64,000 nucleotides of DNA from Vicinamibacteria bacterium (lineage in GTDB: Bacteria; Acidobacteriota; Vicinamibacteria; Fen-336). Location of the stretch: contig DATBIO010000289.1 in NCBI GenBank assembly GCA_036556965.1, forward strand, positions 964 to 64,963. Direction: 5' to 3'. The notes below the pieces were generated by a model. It ran no database searches, was not told the DNA's origin, and saw only the letters and a program-made list of their open reading frames with translations. This document shows, piece by piece, positions 46,390 to 54,312 of this stretch. The translations under genes were made by a program, and so were the position numbers. How positions within the stretch are numbered: the first letter of the stretch is position 1; every line of letters begins with the position of its first letter.

Positions 46390-47564
46390 GGACGGCGGCC
46401 GTCCTCCTGGCCCTGGCCGCGGCCGCGCCCGCCCACGCCCAGTCGCGCGAGGTGGAGGTGGGGGTGGAGGAGTTCGCCTACCGCACCGCGGAGACCCCGC
46501 TCAACCGCGCCAACGTGCTCGGGCTGGCGGCCACGGAGCACCTCCTGCGCGGCGTGCTCAACTGGCGCGAGACGCACGGCGCCTTCCGGGCCGTCTTCCG
46601 CGGTTACCTGGAGCACCGGCCGGCCGCCGCCGCGGAGGCCACCGACTGGAACGCGCGCCAGGCCTACGCGCAGTACGCCTTCGGCGAGCTGCTCACCGTG
46701 CGCGCGGGCAAGCAGCGCGTGGCCTGGGGCAGCGGCTTCGCCTGGAACCCGACCAACCGCATCGAGCCGCCCAAGAACCCCCTCAACACCAGCCTGGAGC
46801 AGGAAGGGGCGCGGGGCCTCCGCCTCGACGTGGTGCCCGCGCCCTGGGTGGGCATCGTGGTGGTGGCGGCGTGGAACGACACGACCCTGCGCGACCTGCC
46901 CTTCGAGACGGCGCGCCCCCCGCGGCGCACGGGGGCCTCGCGCGCGCGCTTCCTCGTGGGCGAGACCGACCTGGCGGTGGTGGTCTCGGGGGGCAAGGGC
47001 CAGCGCACCCTGTGGGGGCTCGACCTGGCGCGCGGGGTGGGGGCGGGGATCACCGCCCACCTGGAGGCATCGGCCTACCGGGGCGCGGAGCTGTTCCCGC
47101 CACGGGAGGGCGAGCTGTTCACGCGCGTGGCCGCCGGCCTGCTGCGGACCCTCGGATCCAGCCAGACGGTGGCCCTCGAGTACTTCTGGAACGAGGAGGG
47201 CCTCGACGACGCCGGGATGGCCGCCTACCGCGCCACCCTCGACGCCCTGTGGGAGAGCGGCCGCACCGAGGAGTACGCGGTGGCGGCCGCCCGTCCCTAC
47301 GCGGGCGGCATGGGCCTGCGCCGCCACTACCTGCACGCCTCGTGGGGACACGGGCAGGCGGGGGGACGCTGGAGCTTCGCCGCGCGCCTCGTGGCCGGCC
47401 TCGACGACGGCGGCTTCGCGCTGACCCCCGGCGTCACCTTCGCGCCCCGCGGCGACCTCACCCTGCAGCTCGACCTCGTGCTGCCCGGGGGGCCCGCGGA
47501 CAGCGAGTACCGGCTGGCCCCGGTGCGCGGGGGCCTCCAGGCCCGCGCGCGCTACCTCTTCTGA
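46386..47564 (+). CDS. Outer-membrane beta-barrel protein.
   Basis: Signal peptide AAVLLALAAAAPAHAQ. Alternating-residue strands. Ends in ...ARARYLF (C-terminal Phe). GTGA overlap. Confidence 0.6.
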   Translation: MRTAAVLLALAAAAPAHAQSREVEVGVEEFAYRTAETPLNRANVLGLAATEHLLRGVLNWRETHGAFRAVFRGYLEHRPAAAAEATDWNARQAYAQYAFGELLTVRAGKQRVAWGSGFAWNPTNRIEPPKNPLNTSLEQEGARGLRLDVVPAPWVGIVVVAAWNDTTLRDLPFETARPPRRTGASRARFLVGETDLAVVVSGGKGQRTLWGLDLARGVGAGITAHLEASAYRGAELFPPREGELFTRVAAGLLRTLGSSQTVALEYFWNEEGLDDAGMAAYRATLDALWESGRTEEYAVAAARPYAGGMGLRRHYLHASWGHGQAGGRWSFAARLVAGLDDGGFALTPGVTFAPRGDLTLQLDLVLPGGPADSEYRLAPVRGGLQARARYLF

Positions 47565-47565
47565 G

Positions 47566-48249
47566 ATGGCCTCCGTCCGCCTGGAGAACGTCAGCAAGGA
47601 GTACGCGCTGGGACAAACGCGCGTGCCCGCCGTGTGCGGGGTGAGCCTGGAAGTCGAGCCCGGGGAGTTCATGGCGGTGGCGGGCCCGTCGGGATCGGGG
47701 AAGTCGACCCTCCTGAACCTCATCGGCTGCCTGGACCAGCCCACCAGCGGCCGCGTGCTCATCGGGGGAACGGACGTGGCCACCCTGGACGACGACGGCC
47801 TGAGCGACCTGCGCGCGCGCACGCTGGGCTTCATCTTCCAGACGTTCAACCTGATCCCCGTGCTCTCCGCCATCGAGAACGTCGAGTTCCCGCTCCTCGT
47901 CCGGCACGGGGCCCACGACGGCGGCCGCGCGGGCGCGCGCGCACGCGCGCGCCGCGCCCTGGAGGAAGTGGGCCTGGCCGACTTCGCCCGCCACCGCCCG
48001 GACGAGCTCTCCGGGGGGCAGCGGCAGCGCGTGGCGGTGGCGCGCGCCCTCTGCACGGATCCCCTCATCGTCCTGGCCGACGAGCCCACGGCCAACCTGG
48101 ACTCCGCCACCGGGGAGGCCATCGTGGGCCTGATGCTCGAGATCAACCGGCGCGACGGCACCACCTTCATCTTCTCGACCCACGACCCCAAGGTGATGGA
48201 GAAGGCGCGGCGCGTGGTGCGCCTGGCCGACGGAGCCGTGGTGCCATAA
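47566..48249 (+). CDS. ABC transporter ATP-binding protein, LolD/MacB type.
   Basis: GPSGSGKSTLLN (Walker A), LSGGQRQRVAVARAL, LADEPTANLD. Confidence 0.85.
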   Translation: MASVRLENVSKEYALGQTRVPAVCGVSLEVEPGEFMAVAGPSGSGKSTLLNLIGCLDQPTSGRVLIGGTDVATLDDDGLSDLRARTLGFIFQTFNLIPVLSAIENVEFPLLVRHGAHDGGRAGARARARRALEEVGLADFARHRPDELSGGQRQRVAVARALCTDPLIVLADEPTANLDSATGEAIVGLMLEINRRDGTTFIFSTHDPKVMEKARRVVRLADGAVVP

Positions 48250-48258
48250 TCCGGAGGA

Positions 48259-48699
48259 GTGCGCTCCTTCCCCGTGAACCCGGAGGACGTGATCCGCGTC
48301 ATGGAGGAGCACGTTCCCTTCAACCGCTACCTCGGCATGCGCGGGGAGTCGGTGGGGGTGGGCAAGGGCGTGCTCGTGCTGCCCGTCCGCCCGGAGTTCG
48401 TGGGCGACCCGCGGCGGCCGGCCCTGCACGGGGGCGTGCTCTCCAGCCTCATCGACACCGCGGGCGGGGTGGCGGCGTGGACGGCCCTGGGGCCGGGCGA
48501 GTCGGTGTCCACGGTGGACCTGCGCGTGGACTACCTGGAGCCCGCGGGCCTGGGCGGCCCCCTCCGCGCGGAGGCGGAGCTGGTGCGCAAGGGCAAGCGC
48601 GTGTGCCACGTGCGCGTGGCGGTGACGCAGGACGGGGCGCTGGTGGCGGAGGGGCGCGCCGTCTACAGCATCCACCGCCGCCGCCCGGACGCCGGATGA
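48259..48699 (+). CDS. Hotdog-fold acyl-CoA thioesterase (PaaI/4HBT family).
   Basis: ALHGGVLSSLIDTAGGVAAW ... VRVAVTQDGALVAEGRAVY. Confidence 0.75.
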   Translation: MRSFPVNPEDVIRVMEEHVPFNRYLGMRGESVGVGKGVLVLPVRPEFVGDPRRPALHGGVLSSLIDTAGGVAAWTALGPGESVSTVDLRVDYLEPAGLGGPLRAEAELVRKGKRVCHVRVAVTQDGALVAEGRAVYSIHRRRPDAG

Positions 48700-49109
48700 T
48701 CGCGCTGCCGCTGGCCGCCCCGCCCCTCGTGCCCTGCACGCAGTGCGCGAAGTGCTGCACCTACGTGGCCGTGGGCATCAACGCCCCGCGCGGCGTCCGC
48801 GGGGTGACCGAGATCCTCTGGTACCTGTACCACGACGGCGTCAGCGTCTACCGCGACGGCTCCGGGGAGTGGTCGGTGGTCTTCGCCACCCGCTGCCGGC
48901 ACCTGCAGGACGACCTCCTCTGCGGCATCTACGAGCGGCGTCCCCACGTCTGCCGCACCTTCGACAACACCACCTGCGAGGTCAACAGCGAAGGGGGGAC
49001 CAGCTTCGAGACGCCCGGCGCCTTCCTGGAGTGGGTGCGCCGGCGGCGTCCGAGGCTCTTCCGCAGCCTCCCCGCGCACCTCCCGGCGCCCGCCGCCCTC
49101 GCGCGGTGA
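48696..49109 (+). CDS. YkgJ-family (UPF0153) Cys-cluster zinc/iron-chelating domain protein.
   Basis: CTQCAKCC ... CRHLQDDLLCGIYERRPHVCRTF. ATGA overlap. Confidence 0.7.
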   Translation: MIALPLAAPPLVPCTQCAKCCTYVAVGINAPRGVRGVTEILWYLYHDGVSVYRDGSGEWSVVFATRCRHLQDDLLCGIYERRPHVCRTFDNTTCEVNSEGGTSFETPGAFLEWVRRRRPRLFRSLPAHLPAPAALAR

Positions 49110-50101
49110 GGGTCCTGGTCGTCGGGGGCACCCGCTTCCTGGGCCTGCACGTGGTGTGGCGCCTGCTGGCCCTCGGGCACGCGGTCACCCTCTTCAACCG
49201 TGGCACCCGCGCCGACCCCTTCGGCGCCCGCGTGGAGCGCGCCCGCGGCGACCGCACGGCGGGCGACCTGGGCCGGTGGCTGCGGGGCCGCCGCTTCGAC
49301 GCCGTGGTGGACCTCGCCGCCTACGAGGCGCGCGACGCCGAGGAGGTCGTGCACGACCTCGACGGCGGCCACTACGTGGTGATCAGCACGGGGCAGGTGT
49401 ACCTGGTGCGCGAGGGGTGCCCGCGGCCGGCGCGCGAGGAGGACTACGAGGGGCCGCTCCTGCCCGAGCCGCCGCGTGACCACGCCGACCACCGCGAGTG
49501 GGCCTACGGGATGGGGAAGCGCGGGGTGGAAGACGCCCTTTCCGCCGCCCCCGGCCTCCCCTCCACGCGGCTCCGCATCCCCATGGTGAACGGGCCCGGC
49601 GACTACCTGCGCCGCCTCGAGGGCTACCTGTGGAGGCTGACCGACGGGGGGCCCCTCGTCCTCCCGGACGGCGGCGGCCATCGCCTGCGCCACGTCTACG
49701 TGGCCGACGTGGCGGCGGCGGTGGTGGCCCTCCTGGGGCGGGAGGCGGCGTTCGGCCGCGCCTACAACCTGTGCCAGCCGGAAACGCCCACCCTGGTCGA
49801 AGTGCTGCGGCTGGTCGCCGGCCTGCTGGGCGGCACGCCGCGGCTGGTGGCGGTGCCGCGGGCGGCGCTGGAGGCGGCGGGGCTCGACCCCGTGGCGGTG
49901 TCGCCGTTCAGCGGGCGGTGGATGTCCTTCCTCGAGCCGGGCCGCGCCGAGCGCGAGCTGGGCTTCCGCGCCACGCCCCTCGAGGCCTACCTGCGCGTGG
50001 TGGTGGACGCTTTCCTCTCCGCCGCGCCCGCGGAGCCTCCGCCGGCCTACGCCGGCCGTGCGCGCGAGGTGGAGCTGGCCGGCCGCGCGCCGGGGGCCTG
50101 A
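49106..50101 (+). CDS. NAD-dependent epimerase/dehydratase (SDR-family).
   Basis: VLVVGGTRFLGLHVV (Rossmann GxxGxxG) ... YxxxK region AYGMGKRG. GTGA overlap. Confidence 0.75.
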   Translation: MRVLVVGGTRFLGLHVVWRLLALGHAVTLFNRGTRADPFGARVERARGDRTAGDLGRWLRGRRFDAVVDLAAYEARDAEEVVHDLDGGHYVVISTGQVYLVREGCPRPAREEDYEGPLLPEPPRDHADHREWAYGMGKRGVEDALSAAPGLPSTRLRIPMVNGPGDYLRRLEGYLWRLTDGGPLVLPDGGGHRLRHVYVADVAAAVVALLGREAAFGRAYNLCQPETPTLVEVLRLVAGLLGGTPRLVAVPRAALEAAGLDPVAVSPFSGRWMSFLEPGRAERELGFRATPLEAYLRVVVDAFLSAAPAEPPPAYAGRAREVELAGRAPGA

Positions 50102-50123
50102 GGGCGCAACCGCGCCCGGGCGC

Positions 50124-50996
50124 TCAGCCCCCCAGGCGCTTCTGGGCCTCCTCGATCTCCCGTCTCTGCTTCTCGGAGACCTCGGGGAAGCGGAGGTTCA
50201 GCCCCTCCAGCGTCTCCACGATGATGTCGGCCACCGCCATCCGCATGAACCACTTGCTGTCCGCGGGCACCACGTACCACGGGGCGTGGTCGGTGCTGGT
50301 GTGCCGGATCATGTCCTCGTAGGCCTGCATGTAGCGGTCCCAGTGCTGGGACTGGTCGAGGTCGCCCAGCGAGAACTTCCAGTTCTTGTCCGGGTCCTCC
50401 AGGCGCTGGAGGAAGCGCTTCCTCTGCTCCTCGCGCGAGACGTTCAGGAAGAACTTGCGCACCACGGTGCCGCTGCGGTCGAGGTGGCGCTCGAAGGCGT
50501 TGATGTCCTCGAAGCGCTCCTGCCAGACGCCCTCCCCGACCCTCTCCGCGGGCAGCTTCTGCGCGGCCAGGATCTCGGGGTGGACGCGGACGATCAGCAC
50601 CTCCTCGTAGTAGGAGCGGTTGAAGATGCCGATGCGGCCGCGCTCCGGCGTGCGCACGGCGGTGCGCCAGAGGAAGTCGTGGTCCAGCTCCTCGTCGCTC
50701 GGCTGCTTGAAGGAGTAGACCTGGCAGCCCATGGGGTTCACCCCCGACATCACGTGCTCGATGGTGCTGTCCTTGCCCGCGGCGTCCATGGCCTGGAACA
50801 CGAGGAGGAGCGCCCACCGGTCGGAGGCGTACAGCAGCTCCTGCTGTTCCCTGATCATCTTGACGCCGCGCTCGAGCTCCTCCTTGCCCTCCTTCTTGGA
50901 GGTGAAGGGGCCGGTGTCGGCGGGGTCGTGGTCCTTGAGCCGGAAGCTGCCGTCCGCCGGGGCGCGGTACTTGCCGGTGTCGACGCGCAGTCCCAT
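50124..50996 (-). CDS. Polyphosphate kinase 2 (PPK2) family protein.
   Basis: LLLVFQAMDAAGKDSTIEHVMSGVNPMGCQVYSFKQPSDEE (Walker A-like P-loop of PPK2) ... FNRSYYEEVLIVRVH. Confidence 0.85.
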   Translation of the reverse strand: MGLRVDTGKYRAPADGSFRLKDHDPADTGPFTSKKEGKEELERGVKMIREQQELLYASDRWALLLVFQAMDAAGKDSTIEHVMSGVNPMGCQVYSFKQPSDEELDHDFLWRTAVRTPERGRIGIFNRSYYEEVLIVRVHPEILAAQKLPAERVGEGVWQERFEDINAFERHLDRSGTVVRKFFLNVSREEQRKRFLQRLEDPDKNWKFSLGDLDQSQHWDRYMQAYEDMIRHTSTDHAPWYVVPADSKWFMRMAVADIIVETLEGLNLRFPEVSEKQRREIEEAQKRLGG

Positions 50997-50998
50997 GG

Positions 50999-51922
50999 CT
51001 ACCTCAGCATCAGCTCGCGGAAGTCGGGCGGCCGGGGCGTCGCCTCCCCGGACTTCGCCTTCTCCACCGCGAACTCCGCCATCTTCTCCACCGCCCAGGG
51101 GAAGTGCGCGTCCTTCAGCGAGCGCTGGTCGAGGTCGGGGGTGTAGTTCGTGAGGTCGATGCCGTAGAACTTCCCGTCCTTCACCGCGAACTCCAGCGCG
51201 TTCATGTCGTAGCCGAGGGCGCGGTTGAAGAGGAGCGACAGCTCCTCCGCCTCGTCGCGCAGGCTGCGGGGCAGGATGTCGTAGTCCTGGTTGTAGCCCC
51301 CCAGCCCTCCGGGGGCGGGGTCGTAGCGGATGGCGCGCGCCCAGCGCCGCCCGATGGTGGGCACCCGGATGTAGGTGTCCCAGGTGATGAACTCCTGCAG
51401 CATCATCGTCTTCTGTCCCGACCCGTTGTAGTTGTGCAGCAGCTCGTCCAGGGAGTGGATCTTGTAGACGTCCTTCCATCCCCCGCCGAAGGCCGGCTTC
51501 ATGATGCAGGGCGTGCCCACGTAGTCCAGGTAGCGCTCGAAGTCGGTGGGCCACAGGTTGCGCAGGCTCTCCGCGTTCACGTCCTCGACGTACTCCCGGT
51601 TGGGCAGGACCACCGTCCGGGGCTCGGCGATGCCCAGCTTCTCCGCCACCGCGTAGCCGAAGAACTTGTCGTCCGCGGAGCGCCAGAACACGTTGTTGAT
51701 GCAGTAGGTGCCCTGGAGGGCGGCCATCTTCAGGTACACCGCGTAATAGGGCACCTCGTGGCTCATGCGGTCGAGCACGACGCGGTAGGGCACGGGCTCG
51801 TTCAGGGTGGTGCCCCCGAGCTGCACGAACTCCGCGGACACCCCGGCGTCCATGGAGTTGACCTTGGCGATGAAGGCGTCGGGGAACGAGTTCTCCCGGC
51901 CGCGCAGGACGCCCACGCGCAT
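50999..51922 (-). CDS. ATP-grasp-like protein (RimK / glutathione-synthetase-like fold), tightly linked to PPK2.
   Basis: 307 aa. Pattern of pre-ATP-grasp plus ATP-grasp (VVLPNREYVEDVNAESL ... CIMKPAFGGGWKDVYKI ... MLQEF). The family assignment is tentative. Confidence 0.5.
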   Translation of the reverse strand: MRVGVLRGRENSFPDAFIAKVNSMDAGVSAEFVQLGGTTLNEPVPYRVVLDRMSHEVPYYAVYLKMAALQGTYCINNVFWRSADDKFFGYAVAEKLGIAEPRTVVLPNREYVEDVNAESLRNLWPTDFERYLDYVGTPCIMKPAFGGGWKDVYKIHSLDELLHNYNGSGQKTMMLQEFITWDTYIRVPTIGRRWARAIRYDPAPGGLGGYNQDYDILPRSLRDEAEELSLLFNRALGYDMNALEFAVKDGKFYGIDLTNYTPDLDQRSLKDAHFPWAVEKMAEFAVEKAKSGEATPRPPDFRELMLR

Positions 51923-51971
51923 GCGACCTCCGATCAGTAGGGGGCGCGCATCATACCCCCGGCCCGAGGGC

Positions 51972-52766
51972 TCAGGCCAGGGTGGCCAGGAAGGGGAGGA
52001 GGGCGGCGTTGAAGGCGGGCGCGTTCTCGAGGTTGGACAGGTGGCCCGCCGCGGGCACCTCCTGGAAGCGCGCCCCCGCGATGCCCTCGGCCCAGCCGCC
52101 CATCTCCGCGGGGGTGCTGAGGACGTCCTCCGCGCCGCAGAGCACGAGGGTGGGGACGCGGATCTCGCGCAGGGTGGAGGTGGAATCCGCGCGCGCGGCG
52201 AGGCCGGCGAGGGCGTCGGCGAGGGCCGCGGGATCCGCGGCCAGGACCATGTCGCGCACGCGCGCCGCCAGCTCCGGCCGGTCGCGGCGCGTGGTCTCGC
52301 CGAGCAGCCGGGGCAGCATCTCCTCCGCCACCGCCGCGGACCCTTCCCTCCGCGCGCGCTCGGCGAGCGAGGCGCGCCCGGCGCGCCCTTCGGCCGTGTC
52401 GGCCACGCAGCGCGTGTCCGCCAGGACGAGCGCGCGCAGGAGCGTGGGGTGACGCCGCACGAGGGCGAAGGCGGCGTAGCCTCCCATGGAGAGACCGCAG
52501 ACCGCGGCCGTCTCGAAGCCGAGGTGGCGCAGGAGGAAGGCCGCGTCCTCCGCGATGCGCTCCATGCTCAACAGCCCCTCGCCCCGTGCCGAGCCCCCGA
52601 ACCCCCGGGCGTCCATGCGCACCACGCTGTGGCTCGGGGCCAGGGCGGCGGCCTGGGCCTCCCACATGGCGGAGTGGAGGGGGAAGGCGTGCAGGAAGAG
52701 GACGGCCGGCCCCGCGCCGCGCACGTCGTAGGCGACGCGCGCCCCGTCCACGGACAGCGTCCTCAC
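51972..52766 (-). CDS. Alpha/beta hydrolase (3-oxoadipate enol-lactonase-like).
   Basis: VLFLHAFPLHSAMW ... VCGLSMGGYAA (GxSxG) ... AGHLSNLE. Confidence 0.8.
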   Translation of the reverse strand: MRTLSVDGARVAYDVRGAGPAVLFLHAFPLHSAMWEAQAAALAPSHSVVRMDARGFGGSARGEGLLSMERIAEDAAFLLRHLGFETAAVCGLSMGGYAAFALVRRHPTLLRALVLADTRCVADTAEGRAGRASLAERARREGSAAVAEEMLPRLLGETTRRDRPELAARVRDMVLAADPAALADALAGLAARADSTSTLREIRVPTLVLCGAEDVLSTPAEMGGWAEGIAGARFQEVPAAGHLSNLENAPAFNAALLPFLATLA

Positions 52767-52788
52767 CCCGAGAGCTTAGCAGCGACGG

Positions 52789-53775
52789 CTAGCGGCGGCG
52801 GGAGGCGCGGCGCACGGTCGCCTTGGTGCGCGCCGACTGCGCGCGCGCCTTCGCCTTCACCGCCGGCTTCTTGCTCGCCGTCCGGGCCTTGGCCCGTAAT
52901 GCAGGCCGGGACCGCGCGGAGCGCGATCCCGAGAGCCGCGCGGAGCGCGCGGCGGTGGCCTTCGTCCGGCGGGAGCTCCGGCGCGCGCTGGTGAGCGTGC
53001 GCGTCACGCGCGCGTGGCGCCCGCTCTTGAGGCGCGCGCGCCGCGGGGGCGGCGCGGGCTTGGGCAGATGGAAGGCGGACGTCGTGTCCTTCACCAGCTG
53101 GTGGATCTTGCGCACGTAGCCCCGCGTCTCGCCGTAGGGCGGGATGCCCTTGTGGCGGGCCACCACGGTGGGCCCCGCGTTGTACCCGGCCAGGGCGAGG
53201 GCGACGTTGCCGTTGAAGCGGTCGAGGAGCTGGCTCAGGTACTTGGTGCCCGCGAGCACGTTCTCGCGCGGGTCGGTGGGGTCCTTCACCCCGAGCCAGC
53301 TCGCGGTACGGGGCATGAGCTGCATGAGCCCCTGCGCGCCCACCGGCGAGACGGCGTCCGGATCGAACTGCGACTCGGTCTGGATGACGGCGCGTATGAG
53401 CTCGGCGCTGATGCCGTTGAGGAGCGCGGCCTCCTGGATGATCGCGTCGAGGGCCGCCTCTTCGTCCTCGTAGTCCCCCGGATCGTCGCCCCCCTCGGGC
53501 GGCGCCACCCGGAAGTCGTCGGTGGTCACGTCCACCTGCTCCTCGTGTGCGGCCTGCCGCGCACGGGCGAGCACACCTCCCCCCGCCGCCAGCGTGGCCA
53601 GGAGGCCGGCGCCCGCGAGCAGCCGCTTGCGGCGGTCGCCCTTGCGCCTCTCCCTGGCCGCCGGATAGATGCTGGCAGTCCGACGACGGTCGACGTTGCG
53701 CCTCTCCCCGCTGGGTGGCTGCATGTCCCCTCCTGAGAGCAGACGGACGTCCGTCTGGGCCGGCGGGGAGCGCAT
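52789..53775 (-). CDS. Lytic transglycosylase (SLT domain) with a highly basic Ala/Lys/Arg-rich C-terminal tail.
   Basis: AVIQTESQFDPDAVSPVGAQGLMQLMP ... AGYNAGP is the SLT catalytic Glu block. The C-terminal about 90 aa are K/R/A/S/T repeats (histone-H1-like). Start uncertain. Confidence 0.7.
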   Translation of the reverse strand: MRSPPAQTDVRLLSGGDMQPPSGERRNVDRRRTASIYPAARERRKGDRRKRLLAGAGLLATLAAGGGVLARARQAAHEEQVDVTTDDFRVAPPEGGDDPGDYEDEEAALDAIIQEAALLNGISAELIRAVIQTESQFDPDAVSPVGAQGLMQLMPRTASWLGVKDPTDPRENVLAGTKYLSQLLDRFNGNVALALAGYNAGPTVVARHKGIPPYGETRGYVRKIHQLVKDTTSAFHLPKPAPPPRRARLKSGRHARVTRTLTSARRSSRRTKATAARSARLSGSRSARSRPALRAKARTASKKPAVKAKARAQSARTKATVRRASRRR

Positions 53776-53952
53776 CTTTGGATCCCGGGTGAAGCCGATG
53801 AGTGCAAACGTCTTTGAATGAGCGGCTTATGAAGCTCGGGTCGTTCCGCGACTCCCGTGGCGCGGCTCCCTCTCAGACCTGCGAAGATCGTGCCCGGCGG
53901 CCTTGCCGCGCCGGAAGCCCGAGTGGCACGATACGGGCTTCCGGAGGCGCCC

Positions 53953-54312
53953 ATGGCCGAGCGGCTGGCGAGCTACGAGGAGTTCTGGCCGTTCTACGTG
54001 TCGCAACACATGAAGCCGTCCACCCGCGCCTTGCACTTCGCCGGCACCACGGCCGTCCTCGGGGCGCTGGTCGCGGGGGTCCTGGTGTCGCCGTGGTGGT
54101 TCGTGGCCGCCCCCGCTTGCGGGTACGCCCCGGCCTGGGTGGGCCACTTCTTCTTCGAGAAGAACCGGCCGGCCACCTTCACCTATCCGTGGTGGTCGCT
54201 GCGCGGGGACTTCCGGATGTACCGGCTCACCTGGCTCGGGCGCATGGGTCCGGAGCTCCAGCGTGCCGCCCGCCTCTACCCGAGCGCCGCCCCCGCGGCC
54301 GCCGGTGGCTGA
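53953..54312 (+). CDS. DUF962 (Mpo1-like) membrane protein.
   Basis: MAERLASYEEFWPFYVSQHMKPSTRALHFAGT ... HFFFEKNRPATFTYPWWS. RBS ggagg at 53944. Confidence 0.7.
   Translation: MAERLASYEEFWPFYVSQHMKPSTRALHFAGTTAVLGALVAGVLVSPWWFVAAPACGYAPAWVGHFFFEKNRPATFTYPWWSLRGDFRMYRLTWLGRMGPELQRAARLYPSAAPAAAGG

Noticed and set aside
53500-53775. Possibility that the polybasic K/R/A-rich segment is a separate histone-like (HU/H1-like) gene
   Set aside because: It is in frame and continuous with the SLT domain, with no intervening stop or start signal. It is treated as a C-terminal tail of the transglycosylase.
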